Assembly: GCF_001194135.2 (NCBI RefSeq)
Contig: NC_068981.1
Location: 67,785,457-67,849,456 of the forward strand
Length of the DNA: 64,000 bases
Reading direction: 5' to 3'
From: Octopus bimaculoides
Taxonomy: Eukaryota
The notes beneath the pieces are model-generated. The model worked only from the letters and a program-made list of their open reading frames with translations. It made no database searches and was not told where the DNA came from. Position numbers and translations under genes: made by a program. Below are positions 1 through 13,638 of this stretch, in pieces. Within the stretch, counting starts at the first letter, position 1. Every line of letters begins with the position of its first letter.

Positions 1-358
1 CTTTATTTTTCGAGCGGTATCAAGCAGTTCTGCTTTCTGTAAGTGCTCTACCCTATTTGTTCCATGTACTTCTCAAGATTTTTACTCACTGCTCACAGGG
101 CTCAGACAGTTATTGGTACTACTACCACCTCTTTCAGCGACCACAACCGCTTAACCTCTCAAGCTAACCTGTCATATCTATCGACTTATCTCCCTTCCTT
201 TTTGTCAGATGGGCATGCTATATCTACGGTCCAGCATCGTTTGCTTTCTTTCCTAAATAATACTTTGTCTGGTTTTCTATTCTCTATCTCATGGTCGCAC
301 TGGATCATAAAATCCCAAAGGGTTCGGCTCAGCTTCGGTCTTATTCCTGTTAGGATCT
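1..358 (-). mobile_element. R4/Dong-clade non-LTR retrotransposon, decayed C-terminal restriction-like endonuclease (RLE) fragment, cut by the window edge
   Basis: Minus-strand translation across frameshifts and stops: LWDFMIQCDHEIENRKPDKVLF..CWTVDIACP..LA*EVKRLWSLKEVVVVPI..SKNLEKYMEQIG..LQKAELLDTARKI. The RKPD...DIA motif and this C-terminus are typical of RLE-clade LINEs. Confidence 0.85.
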
Positions 359-603
<245 letters not shown>

Positions 604-1133
604 GTGTGAGAGATCAGTGCATGACTTCAAAGTGACATTGGGGTAAAATATACGAAGTCCAGTATACCGGTCATGACTACCCGTCTGAGAAGGGTACACC
701 TGTCACATGCGTTACAACCATATGTGCGTGACATGGTGATTTAAAAATACACAGGGCACTGGGGCCTAGTTAAAATGTTTTGAAGGCCGATCCCATCTCG
801 TTCAAAAAGTCCCTGAATATGAGTTGTTTAAGGATGTTGATCGAAACACACATATTTCCATAGGTGAATTATCCATACCTCAAAGAATTCCTCTCAACAA
901 ATGGTTATGATGCTCCCCTACTACTTCCGCTCATGATCAGATATGCACATTTCGTCAGCCACTAAGGGTCATGCTCAGCTGGTTAAGGTCAAGCAACTAA
1001 CAAGCAAATCTGTGGTACTGAGCAGATTATTTGCTGTAGCCCATCGTTTATATAAAGACAAAAACCTCTACACGATAACACTTTCAATCAGTTAAGATCA
1101 AAAATCTTGAGAGCCAGTGCCTGGTATAGCATT
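604..1133. mobile_element. Unclassified interspersed repeat, copy 1 (related partial copy at 31985-32210)
   Basis: Shares blocks with 31985-32210: gacatggtgat; ttcaaaa..tccct.aata...gttgttt.aggatg.tga.cgaaa; caaagaattcctctcaa.a.atgg.tatgatgctcc. Flanked by trinucleotide microsatellites. Confidence 0.6.
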
Positions 1134-3662
1134 TATTATTATCATCGTCATCATGATCATGATCATCATCATCACCATCTGTATTATTATTATTATTATT
1201 ATTATTGTTATTACAATATGTATCATACTTCACATCGGCAGAGCTCAATATAACCCCTCCCCCCACAAATTGTTACTTTCAGTTGATATCATTAGGTGGT
1301 AGCCGACATAATAGAATAGGAGATTTATATGCATAGTCAAAACGTTTCTCGTAAATAAACTGTAAGGATATATATATATATATATATATATATANNNNNN
1401 NNNNNNNNNNNNNNNNNNNNNNNNNNNNNNNNNNNNNNNNNNNNNNNNNNNNNNNNNNNNNNNNNNNNNNNNNNNNNNNNNNNNNNNNNNNNNNNNNNNN
1501 NNNNNNNNNNNNNNNNNNNNNNNNNNNNNNNNNNNNNNNNNNNNNNNNNNNNNNNNNNNNNNNNNNNNNNNNNNNNNNNNNNNNNNNNNNNNNNNNNNNN
1601 NNNNNNNNNNNNNNNNNNNNNNNNNNNNNNNNNNNNNNNNNNNNNNNNNNNNNNNNNNNNNNNNNNNNNNNNNNNNNNNNNNNNNNNNNNNNNNNNNNNN
1701 NNNNNNNNNNNNNNNNNNNNNNNNNNNNNNNNNNNNNNNNNNNNNNNNNNNNNNNNNNNNNNNNNNNNNNNNNNNNNNNNNNNNNNNNNNNNNNNNNNNN
1801 NNNNNNNNNNNNNNNNNNNNNNNNNNNNNNNNNNNNNNNNNNNNNNNNNNNNNNNNNNNNNNNNNNNNNNNNNNNNNNNNNNNNNNNNNNNNNNNNNNNN
1901 NNNNNNNNNNNNNNNNNNNNNNNNNNNNNNNNNNNNNNNNNNNNNNNNNNNNNNNNNNNNNNNNNNNNNNNNNNNNNNNNNNNNNNNNNNNNNNNNNNNN
2001 NNNNNNNNNNNNNNNNNNNNNNNNNNNNNNNNNNNNNNNNNNNNNNNNNNNNNNNNNNNNNNNNNNNNNNNNNNNNNNNNNNNNNNNNNNNNNNNNNNNN
2101 NNNNNNNNNNNNNNNNNNNNNNNNNNNNNNNNNNNNNNNNNNNNNNNNNNNTATTATACTCATTTATTGTGCTTTTAATTATTAATTTTTCTATATGTGA
2201 TAGTGGATTTTCATCGATGAGTTCTTGAAAATTGGTTATTTTCCCTAAAACTATATATTTTATATATACTTTATCTATAAGGCTCAATTTAATTTTAATT
2301 TTTATAAATTGATTTTAATTGAGTTTTTTACCTGTAATTTTGGATTTTGTCCCTAATATTATATATATATATACGCCTGTATATTTGTGCATATATTTTA
2401 TCTACACATATACTTGGGTAATAACCACATTGATATAGTCGATAAATTTTGAATGTTATAATACTGAAAATCACCAACCACACATCTATTGGAACAGTTA
2501 TATGTAATACGTACATATGCGTACATATACAAATGTACGCGCAGTAACACACCAAAGAAATAAGCACCAACATGCATAAATAGTATACCGCATCATTCTC
2601 TCCGAAATCAAAGGAATTTGTGAAAAGCCAACCTAATCCAATATGAAAACCTAGTGACAGTCCATGTATCTAATGCAGTTTCTCTATTACATAATTAATT
2701 TAACGTAAAACGGAGCTACACATGGGAATGGCATGAAAGGCGTAAGTTCCTAATTTTGCATTGCCCTTCTGTTGGACAGGATTCCACTCTGTTCAAAATC
2801 AGTCAATATTTGAATATATAAAGGCGCGCTCCAAGGAATTGAAGAAATCCGCTGGGAAACTCTTAACATTGCGATGTTTTCACTTGTTGCTATGAACAAT
2901 GGAAAGTTTAATTAAACCTTCTTTTAGCCAACTTATCTACTTCACACCTACTTTACATTACTCACGATATTAAATGTCAGGGGAAATAAATGGCAATGAT
3001 AGAATACTAAATCGTGCCGTGTATATATTACAAAGATTTTTGCTTATGTAAGATATTAATATAGAAGTAATTTAGAAATTAGTTATGTTCTGATATAAGG
3101 AATCTGCAGTTGAGGTTTTGATTTCCAGCTTATGATTGAAATACATTCATAACAACTATGCTGATACGGCTCTCGAAAATAACAGCACTATAGCTTATTA
3201 CATTAACTAATATGAGAATTGTTATCGTAAGATTCAATATATTACTACTGCATCATATCTGTGACATTTAGACTGTATGCAAATGCAGCATTTAATGTGT
3301 ACGCATATATTTTTAGCTATATAGAAAGAAATTGCGCAGAGGTTTATCATACGATGTAATAGACGAAATAAAATTCATTTGCGAGAAAAATATATATATG
3401 AGAATTAGATGATTAAGAAAATCTTTCTCATTAATTAACTTTTCCAAAAATTACCACTGCAGCCAAACTTCTTTGACGAATTATTTCAAAACTAGTGACG
3501 TCAGCAGAAATTACTTTTAAACATTAATTTTAATTATGTTGTCATGAATCAACACCAATATGAGTTATGAAAGGCCCTGCATTTATCATGCTCTGATATG
3601 TGTAAGCTCGCGCACACAAACACACATGTATATATGTATATTCATATCTCTATTTCTCTCTC

Positions 3663-3722
<60 letters not shown>

Positions 3723-5439
3723 CATAATGGTTGATATTAAACTTGCAAGGCATTAAAATTGTGCAAAATAATTAATGCAGAATTAATTATGGCATGATGT
3801 ATAATTTTGTCAAACATTGCGAAGTCTACATCTCGGTTCAGGAAAAATTGTTAGTATTAGCGAATCAATTCAGAAAAAAAAATGGGTGGAAGAGTATAAT
3901 GCCGATATTGTTATCGTAGAGTACTCATTAAGGTCCATTTACATTCCAAGAATAACTTCTGTCGATGTCGATTTTGACTTTTATCATTCCAGAGTCGATA
4001 ATGTAATGGCTCCTTGAGTGACCGAATCAACTTTATCGCCAATATTCCTCCTCTGTAATTCACCGGTGTCCTATTGAATTTATGGCCACAATAGATCCAT
4101 GTATTTCTAAATCAATGTATAGCCACAGCTACTGGAAATACTGTTCCATTAGCAACTGTTGTTATTTAGTCAATTCTGATCGAGAAAACCTATGATCAAA
4201 TATGTTATAGCAGTTACCATCTCATATTATTTTCATACAATGTAACAAGTACGATAATATAAAATGATTCGGTTCTTTTGTTTTTGAGGTGTTTGGTGCT
4301 TTGAGAAAAAAATTTGACTTCTATTATCTGTTGATAGAGCATTAACATACAATTTCATTTGTTGCCTCAGTCTAACAACCTTTGTTTGCACTTTGATATT
4401 AGTTTTAATAGTTTGAATACTGATGTGCTTCTGACGATGCCTTTTCCGTAGCGATGTTAAAAATAGATTTGATATTAATGAATTGTTGAATTTATACTTT
4501 GACATTTATTCGGTCGAATGCGGCAGCTATCTATCTGTCAAACATAATATGTTTACTGGAGGGATAATTTCTTTGAATTCAATGTCACTGGTATTCATTG
4601 GGAATTAATGAAATCTCATTTACCCGTAAAAAGTTTTGTTTTCTAATTCCATTACTGTTTCAGTCTTAAACTCCCTGTTGAGGTTTGAGTACAGTGGAAC
4701 ATGGACACATTATACTCCACTATAAAACTGAAACCTACTACTAGAAATATTGTAAACAAATTCTTCTACGGTCGTTTAGTACAATATCATCGGCACTGTT
4801 TTTAAAAGCTGTTGAACTAAGATGGATAGAAAACCATGCATTCAATATCATAAGATGCTGGCTACTGGACCAAAGACTGCAATATTTTATAAAATGTCTG
4901 AAATCCTTTAACATATTTCCTTTCAATATTTATATTACTTTTCCTAATATTTTATATAACTTCTCTTAAATTATGTGTTATTAACTTAGTATACGGACTA
5001 AACCTTGTATACTTTAACAGGGGTATAAAATTAAAATATATTGCTTTTTTACGAGCTGAGGTAAGCACAACACTTTGATGGTTATCTCAAAGCGATGTAT
5101 ATACATGCATAAGTTGCACGCAAGAAATTGTCAAACATGCACATATATAACTAACGAAAAATCAAAATCCTTATAAATTATAAGTTTGGTTTCTCTATTC
5201 AGGGTTCAGAAAGTCAGCCATATGTACTATAGGAGATATTTTACATTTGTTAAGAAAGCAAATTTTGTACTGTTCGTTATTTCGTTGTTCCTAAAACGGA
5301 GTGTATCATTGCAAATATTTTGTCCAAAAGATAGGATCCCGTGTTTTGAGAGGTATAATACACACTGGTTCCGAATAGTTGTTGAGGGAAACTATGCAAG
5401 GCTCACAATAAAAACTACATAGAAACCTTTCTTATTTAA

Positions 5440-5790
5440 AACAATTTAGCTGCTACGCAAATGTGTCGTAGATGGCACAGTGATAGTAGCCATTTGCCTA
5501 ATTAGCAAAAACTCCCTCAAAACATGCTATGATTATGCAGCTGTATTTTCTGCTGTCATTATAACAACTTCTACTCTTCCGAAGGAAGATGTGATATAGC
5601 ATTTTTACCCAAGACTAACTAACTGACTCATCTCTCTTCCTCTTGCCATACGATTGTGTCTTATCCAACCGTATCGAGCCGTATATACATTACTCCAGTA
5701 AGTTGCAAATTTGTGGAATATTCTTTTAACCTCCTTTTAAGAGTTGACAGCCTGAACTAGTCTGCTTTTCAGAACCTGTAATAATTTTGG
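5440..5790 (+). mobile_element. Possible ancient CR1/Jockey-type LINE 3' remnant
   Basis: Frame-hopping pieces AICLIS.., SL*QLLLFRR.., VANLWNIL loosely follow the post-RT consensus (..SL..RR.VA.L..FY.. / ..LWN.LP). Heavily decayed. Confidence 0.25.
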
Positions 5791-7451
5791 GCATCTCTTC
5801 TCTACAAACTACTAAATATATACTTCTTTAACTTTCGAATACGAACATTATTTTGTAAAGTTGTGTGAAACAGTGTATGTACAGCATATTCTGAATTTCA
5901 AAATTTCAGTTCAATAGTTCACTTGATTACACATCTATTCTCAATATTTGACAACTTTTGACAACTTCTACTACTGTATGTCATCTCTTATTCTGAGAGA
6001 AATTGGATCGATCTTATATTAAATGGACGAAAAATGTCAGAATATATGACATAGTCTCGGAAACAAAGATGAAACAGATAATATTTCTGCAGCCGTATAT
6101 TTCTTGCAGTGGAGTTAGGCCAGACAAAGAAAAGAGTCAGCATATACGTTCTCGTATATCAAGCTCAATGATTTATAGCATTAAGTTCAGTTTCAAATAG
6201 CGTCCATGTTATATTTCCTAACCCACTAATCAATAGCATATAAGTACCATCAAGATTCTGTGATTAGGTTGCTTCCTTTCAGAGAAAATGCTCACACTGT
6301 TATGATGCAAGTGAAAATTAGAACTAAAGCGTAATCATGAATCAACCTGCCCCAAATCGTATTTTATCGCAGGGAGATATGGAAACAATAATTACTTTCA
6401 CAGCACGCCTACGAACAGCAGTAAGCCATTTAAACAAATGGAATCTACAACAATATAGAACTGTATGGACACAGTGCAATGTCAAAGAATGGTTGCAATG
6501 GACAAAATGTGGTTTGTTGCCTATTTCTCTTTCGCTGTAGGCTATTTACTGCATTGCCGTTCATGGGAGCAATTAACAAAATTTCATTTATTACTGATCG
6601 GCCGTTTCAATCGAAGTCTACACCATTGAATACAAATAGAAGTTAAAAAATGAAGAATCAAAGAGTTGTCATCCTATTGGCTGAAAGATTATCACTCCGA
6701 AGAATAAAACTAATGCTGGAAAATAACCACAGACGTGATATTTAATTCATTTTAAAACAGTTGAACTATACATATATGCATTACATATTCACACACATAT
6801 AAATTTATCTATCTATCTATCAATCTATCTATACGTTCATATGTATAATAACATGTCTGCGTATATCTCATTGTTTGAAGTATCTAAGCATTACTATAAA
6901 TATAAAAATGATTTTACTGTAGTGAACTTTGAACAATACATTCGATTGCATCTAAAGTGATGCAACAACAAACAACATCAACACAATACTTCATAGGAGC
7001 TGCTTAAGTATTAATGCGGTTGATGAATTTCTGAGAAAGATATAGCATATAATCGTCAGCAGTGTTTCTCCTGGTGATTTGAAGCTATACTTTTTCATTC
7101 AGGAATTGTTCTTTGCAAATACATTCGACAGAATGTGCATGCGCATGCACGTTCACCCACACATTTTTTAAGGTCATCCATCACTCGCAAGTGAGTATAA
7201 CCAGATAGCTTGTACCATGCTTTCCTTCATTTTTTTTAGTTCTCTATATAGTCAAGAGCAGACAGAGAACCATCCTTGGCCACAACTTTTAGCTTTCATA
7301 CCCAAGAGATAATTGGGAATATGCAAGTAGGAAGATAAGAGGGTTGTATTAGCAACACACTGTACTCATTTTCAGATGAGTAGATCGGAGCAATGTGTAA
7401 TGATGAGCCCTACCTATGGACAAACTCGTCGTCCAATTCAGGAAACAAACC

Positions 7452-7543
7452 CAGACCATAAGATCGCAGACAATAAGATCGCAGACCATGAGATCGCAGA
7501 CCATAAGATCGCAAGACTGCACCAGACCATAAGATCGCAAGAC
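7452..7543. repeat. 15-bp minisatellite (cagaccataagatcg), four tandem units plus one offset unit
   Basis: Direct reading; followed by (CA)n and a gap. Confidence 0.9.
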
Positions 7544-7594
7544 TTCACATAACACTCACCCACACACACACACAACCCACATCCACCCAACCAC

Positions 7595-7640
<46 letters not shown>

Positions 7641-8611
7641 NNNNNNNNNNNNNNNNNNNNNNNNNNNNNNNNNNNNNNNNNNNNNNNNNNNNNNNNNNNN
7701 NNNNNNNNNNNNNNNNNNNNNNNNNNNNNNNNNNNNNNNNNNNNNNNNNNNNNNNNNNNNNNNNNNNNNNNNNNNNNNNNNNNNNNNNNNNNNNNNNNNN
7801 NNNNNNNNNNNNNNNNNNNNNNNACACACACTGACGTATAAACTTTGTCATAACCACAAACAGTAAAGCATTGCTCACACAGTTTCGGACTATTATATTC
7901 AATGACAAGGTAGTGCAGTTATAGTGGAAGACACCGGCCCCGATCTGTGGGGTGTGCGAGACTTAACTACATGGTTGCGACGGCGGTAACAATTCTAACG
8001 ATACAATTATAACTCAGTATACGCAGACACACACGGACAAAAGTGAACCACGGAAAATAACGCAGAGTAGTCAGTAGCATGCATATGAGTAGCACAGTCA
8101 AATACAGACATATCAAATACCATACGTCATAAATTCTTGATTTATTTAAATTATCTCAGCCTCATATAAGGAAGTGAGATGGTGCCAGAAGTCAGGGACT
8201 CCCCAGAGTTGTCATGGTATAAAGGAAACGGCAAAGCACATTCTCTACAGATAAGAAGTCAAAGGCGGAAACGAGTTTTTACCTCGTCAGATGTCATCTT
8301 CACGACCGTTTTTTTCTATTCCCTCTCCAGTAGTAAAAAAAATACAAACATAACTAAAATGGGTGAAATACATTTATGCGCTAGGCAATTTGTGTAAACC
8401 AAACAAGATAAGCTAAGAGAAATAACTTAGTATAGACAGTATATGAGCGACATATACAAATACAATCCAACTTGCTATATATTTGTTTCTACTATTGTGG
8501 CAGGCATAACTCTTTGGTAATAAAAAAATTCCTTCTCGAGCACATGATTCCCAGCTCACTCCCGCTGAGTGTATTTGGCCAATCGAAACTGAGAGAAACC
8601 TGTCGTGTGTG

Positions 8612-8665
<54 letters not shown>

Positions 8666-8694
8666 NNNNNNNNNNNNNNNNNNNNNNNNNNNNN

Positions 8695-8755
<61 letters not shown>

Positions 8756-10189
8756 CTTGTGCGTGCCTATGTATGTATGTACGTATGTATGTATATACAT
8801 ATGTGGGGGCATGTGTATGTGTGTGGCTGTGTAAGTAAACAGAGAGAAGGAAGAGAAGAAAGTGATAAAATGATATACAGATTATCACACAGACACAGGG
8901 ATTAAGAAAGCAGCAGACAAAAAGGGTCGGTGAGACGTAATATATTGGTGATGCATCGTTTACCAAATTCATCCAGACACTATAAAATAATAGTTGTAGG
9001 CCCGAAGGCTATATATGTAGAACTCTCATTAGAAGAAACTCATCAATGATGCTAAAGCTCTCGAAAACATTTATCTGGTGTGATATATAATTCGTTACGA
9101 ATTTGTGAATAAACGATTTTATTCTCTATCTTCTCCGAATCACAGTTCGGAAACAACGGTAAATTATTGAAAATTGTTCTCTTTATTTGGAGCTACTACC
9201 CTATATATATANNNNNNNNNNNNNNNNNNNNNNNNNNNNNNNNNNNNNNNNNNNNNNNNNNNNNNNNNNNNNNNNNNNNNNNNNNNNNNNNNNNNNNNNN
9301 NNNNNNNNNNNNNNNNNNNNNNNNNNNNNNNNNNNNNNNNNNNNNNNNNNNNNNNNNNNNNNNNNNNNNNNNNNNNNNNNNNNNNNNNNNNNNNNNNNNN
9401 NNNNNNNNNNNNNNNNNNNNNNNNNNNNNNNNNNNNNNNNNNNNNNNNNNNNNNNNNNNNNNNNNNNNNNNNNNNNNNNNNNNNNNNNNNNNNNNNNNNN
9501 NNNNNNNNNNNNNNNNNNNNNNNNNNNNNNNNNNNNNNNNNNNNNNNNNNNNNNNNNNNNNNNNNNNNNNNNNNNNNNNNNNNNNNNNNNNNNNNNNNNN
9601 NNNNNNNNNNNNNNNNNNNNNNNNNNNNNNNNNNNNNNNNNNNNNNNNNNNNNNNNNNNNNNNNNNNNNNNNNNNNNNNNNNNNNNNNNNNNNNNNNNNN
9701 NNNNNNNNNNNNNNNNNNNNNNNNNNNNNNNNNNNNNNNNNNNNNNNNNNNNNNNNNNNNNNNNNNNNNNNNNNNNNNNNNNNNNNNNNNNNNNNNNNNN
9801 NNNNNNNNNNNNNNNNNNNNNNNNNNNNNNNNNNNNNNNNNNNTGTGTGTGTGTGTGTGTATGTATGTATATATACGATGGGCTTCTTTATCTTCGCCTC
9901 TAGAGGTTGTGTCACAATTGCCAAATGACAATGAAGACCAGCTCCACTTCAGAAGGGAGATAGTCTCAAGAATCATGAATTCTCCAGAACTGAATTGCCT
10001 TAACAGAAAATGGCAGGTTTCTTGTCCGGATATTTGAGGAAATTCATGGTTATGTGTATCTGGCTAAGTACGACAGTTGGCCATCTTTGTCTCCAGTAAA
10101 TAAATGATTTAGACTTATACAAAATTTGTACAATTTACACAAAAATCTTCAAAGTGAAATAACTGATGGTGGCCAGTGGTAAAGTCATG

Positions 10190-10575
10190 GCATGACACAT
10201 TGGGCAATTGTCCTCTACTATAGCCTCAGGCCTTCGAAAGCCTCGTGGATAGATTTGGTAGACGGAAAGTAGAAGAAACTTGTCCTATATATGTATAAAT
10301 TTGTGTATGTATATATATATATATATATATATATCTGTGTGTGTCTCTCTTTGTCTGTGTTTGTTCCCCACCACCACTTAACAACCTGTGTTAGCTTGTT
10401 TACGTCTACTTAACGTAGCGATTCGGATAAAGATCGATAGAATAAATACCAGGCTTTGCAAAAAAAAAAAAAAAGAATATTGGAGTCGATTCATTCGACT
10501 AAAGAAAATTGTCCAAGATGTTGTTCCAGCGTGGTCGCAGTCTAATGACTAAAACAAGTAAGAGATAAAAGACAA
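10190..10575 (+). mobile_element. SINE family 1 copy (5'-truncated) with internal (TA)/(TG) microsatellite
   Basis: Colinear with 39617-40053: ctactatagcc..gatttggtagacggaaa..(ta)n..gatagaataa..ccaggct..gcagtc.aatgact.aaacaagtaa.agataaaag. Confidence 0.8.
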
Positions 10576-11137
10576 AGGATATATGTGCATGCTTGACAAT
10601 TTCTTGCATGTAATTTATTCATATATGCATATGTCTCTTTCACATAACCATCAAATAATTGTGCTTACCTCGGAAAATAACTAAAAGTTAGTTTACTTAA
10701 AATTTCTACAAGGTACAATTTCTTAAGAATAGTGGAGCATTTCCTAATTTGCTTAGCATAACCTTAGTAAAATAATGTATTCGTGTTCTTATTAAACTGC
10801 GAATATCTGAAAAATATCGACTTTTGTACATTTTCGAGTTATGTTTTTCATACAGTTGGAATGTTTGATGTTCTATTTTGCTTGCACTAAAAATACTTCT
10901 TTGAAATGCATCATGACTCAACATGCTTCTTACAGATATTCTTTATAAAAATATATACATCAGCCATTAATCTTTTTTGATCTTAACAGTCGTAACTCAT
11001 TAGCAAATAAATGCTCTTTGTGAAGAAAAAAAAGCTGCCAAGTCAAGAACGATGAATATAATCTAATACTATTGATCCATAAAAACATAAATATCCTCAT
11101 ACGACAATTGCCAACGATAATAAACTTTCTGTTATTT

Positions 11138-11235
11138 TCTATTCTTTTCTTTCAGTCATTGGACTGCAACCATACTTGACGGGTTTATTCAGTCAAATCA
11201 ACTCCAAAATTATGTTTTAAGTCTGGTATTTAATC
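11138..11235 (-). mobile_element. SINE family 1, 3' tail fragment
   Basis: ttcagtcattggactgcaaccatact is the reverse complement of the family's 3' end motif. Confidence 0.55.
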
Positions 11236-11321
11236 TAACGGTATTACTTATTATTTGACATAGTAACTTAACTAAACTATAAGATGGTAAACTATCTATT
11301 TGCAATAATCACAGCAACAAC

Positions 11322-11398
11322 GACAATAGCAGTAACAATGACAATAGCAGTAACAATGACAATAGCAGTAACAATGACAATAGCAGTAACAATGACAA
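11322..11398. repeat. 18-bp minisatellite (gacaatagcagtaacaat) x4.3
   Basis: Four identical tandem units with no spacers. Confidence 0.95.
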
Positions 11399-12032
11399 AA
11401 TGAACTGCGAAATGTGAATTTCAATAAACAAAACCGAACATATATACTACGTATGCTTACGGTAAGTAGTCACCCATATTAAACTAGTCCCCAGAACCAA
11501 AGTATTCTAGTCTGATATTAAGTGTATTAACATTCACCATGGTGTAGAGACCATATTGAATGTATCAAGGGGCCGTTGAAAAACCTTAGTAAAAGAAAAA
11601 GGACAATAGTTATAATGTGGCTGAGAAGCACTGTTTTAGTCAAAAGACGCACAAGTAGATAGAAAATCTAAGACTTCGTGTGTCAAGTACTTTTATCTTT
11701 ATTTTTGTCTGTAATATTCTTTTACAATAACTATTTTAATCTGCAAAAATTCTCATTAGCAGAATGAGAACAAGAATGCATCGAGTTGAACGATAGTGTT
11801 ATATAGATAGCAACAGAAGTAGGTAAAGCTAAGATTGATTAGTATGGTATAAAGGCATTTTTCAATGGATTTATCTTCTAAAATTACTTTAGTAGTCAGT
11901 AGAATCATGGCTTGTTTTAACATCAAAGAGAGATTAGTTATTGGCATTAGTCAGCTGAGAATTGACATGCAGGACAGATGGAAACAAAGCAATGAAAGTG
12001 CAAAATATGGAAAAAAGAAAGAAATTATACGG

Positions 12033-12055
12033 TAATAATAATAATAATAATAATG

Positions 12056-12116
<61 letters not shown>
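12033..12116. repeat. (TAA)n microsatellite directly upstream of an R4/Dong fragment
   Basis: Direct reading. Confidence 0.97.
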
Positions 12117-12120
<4 letters not shown>

Positions 12121-12124
12121 AACA

Positions 12125-12960
12125 GCAGCATGGTACCTACTGAAAATGTGATACACTCAAAGGAATTTAAGAAACAAGATGGAAAACAAAGATAAAACAA
12201 CTAGAAACTGAAAACGATGCATGGGCAATACATCAGAGAAATGGAAGGGAAAGGCAAGACCAACACCTGAGGTATTAATAAACAGTACTGAGGAACAAAC
12301 TCTGAGAGCTAATTACATCAAATTCCAAATAGAGGCGTAATAAATTGCTACATTGTAAAGTATGTAGCATCAACAATAAAAGTGAATGTAGCAAAGTAAC
12401 CCAAAAGAAATATAAAAGGAGGCATGATAATGTAGCTACGTATGTTCACTGGAGATTGTGGGATAAGTAAGACCCAAAAATGAAATGAAATGGTACGATC
12501 ATAAAGCGAGTGTCATCCAGAAAAATGAGTATAAGAGCGTGTGAGATTTTACAACCCAGTGTAACTCATCGGAGATCAGATATTTTCACTGTTGATGAAA
12601 GATATTAAAGGAAACTGAATACATAAATAGTGCCATACCTGGGGATGTACGACTGGGTGACAAAGAACCTGGAAATAATTCAGGAGAACAAGCTACTAAA
12701 AGATGCATCTGCGCGAATGCGAGGAATGAAGAAAGTAACTGTTGTTCCAGTAGTTGTAGGCCCATTAAGAATATTAACAACTGAATTTGAGACATTTGTT
12801 GCAGAAACTAAGATTGACATAAGGGTAGATCATACTCAGAAAACTGCTTTATGTGGAACCGCGTGGATTTTGAGATTGGTACCTGGATATTAAGCATTAT
12901 GAAAAGCGACCTTGTGAGACTCATGACAATAGATCCCAAATTTTCACACAATTTAATGAT
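12125..12960 (+). mobile_element. R4/Dong-clade LINE 3' fragment (post-RT region, RHD motif, RLE C-terminus), decayed
   Basis: Pieces: MHGQYIRE, EEQTLRANYIK, ECSKVTQKKYKRRHDNVATYVHWRL, KWYDHK, and ORF 12630-12893 ending MKKVTVVPVVVGPL..QKTALCGTAWILRLV, homologous to the C-terminus at 1-150. Confidence 0.88.
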
Positions 12961-13112
12961 GCATTACGAACTATTTCATACGATTTTAACAGATGGATAG
13001 AAGAAATAATTATAAAACGTAACTTAGTGCAGCAGCAGAAAACTGGCATCTAATGTTACATGTCCGATATTCGGAATTTTTTTCCAACAGACTAATCTGT
13101 TATGCGTAAATT

Positions 13113-13113
13113 A

Positions 13114-13193
<80 letters not shown>

Positions 13194-13211
13194 CACCAAC
13201 ACTACTACTAT
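13113..13211. repeat. (TAC)n/(CAC)n microsatellite
   Basis: Direct reading. Confidence 0.95.
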
Positions 13212-13229
13212 ATGTTGACCAGAGTTTCA

Positions 13230-13500
13230 TGTTTTAAAGATAGGCGTGCCATTAATCGAATGTAAGAAATTAATCTGGTTGGCTCATACTGACTTGTCTT
13301 AAACTGTATATTCGATACTTCAACAGGAACGTAGACAGCGAAATATCTATTCATAGCAAACATTGATGTCAACGTGAAGTGCTAACTAGAAAACGGAGCA
13401 GTACATGCTATCTATTACTGTATTGGATGGACCGACCTTGCAGAAACAGTGACGTACTTTAGAAAATGAAGGATATTTGTCAAAGTAAATTTCAGTGTAA
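13230..13500 (+). mobile_element. Possible ancient CR1/Jockey-type LINE 3' remnant
   Basis: LKLYIRYFNRNVDSEI resembles the LSLFYRYF.G.CS.EL motif; otherwise decayed. Confidence 0.25.
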
Positions 13501-13638
13501 AAGCTGATTTTCGGACAAAAATATTTTGGCCATTTTCTATAACATTAACTATTTTGATGCCCAACATTTACAAAGGGAAAATTGTCAATCTGTAAAGCTT
13601 ATGTTTCTTCCACGGGGTTTTTCGATTGTGGTCATTGG

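Noticed and set aside
3496-3503. Perfect CRE palindrome TGACGTCA
   Set aside because: A single 8-mer is expected by chance in a window this size; no promoter context.
3817-4180. Short ORFs and coding-like composition (also 27044-27295, 60495-60701)
   Set aside because: No recognisable domain, no consistent splice sites, and lengths within chance expectation.
7825-7995. CpG-rich segment starting TGTTAC on the minus strand, a possible solo LTR
   Set aside because: No second copy, no clear CA end or target-site duplication, and the far end runs into a gap.
9904-10016. Apparent 113-bp exon (EVVSQLPNDNEDQLHF..)
   Set aside because: The acceptor derives from a SINE remnant, the donor is weak (GTTTCT) and there is no recognisable domain.
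11322-11398. CRISPR-like regularity (also 7452-7543)
   Set aside because: Contiguous tandem units with no unique spacers, no cas genes, and a eukaryotic context.
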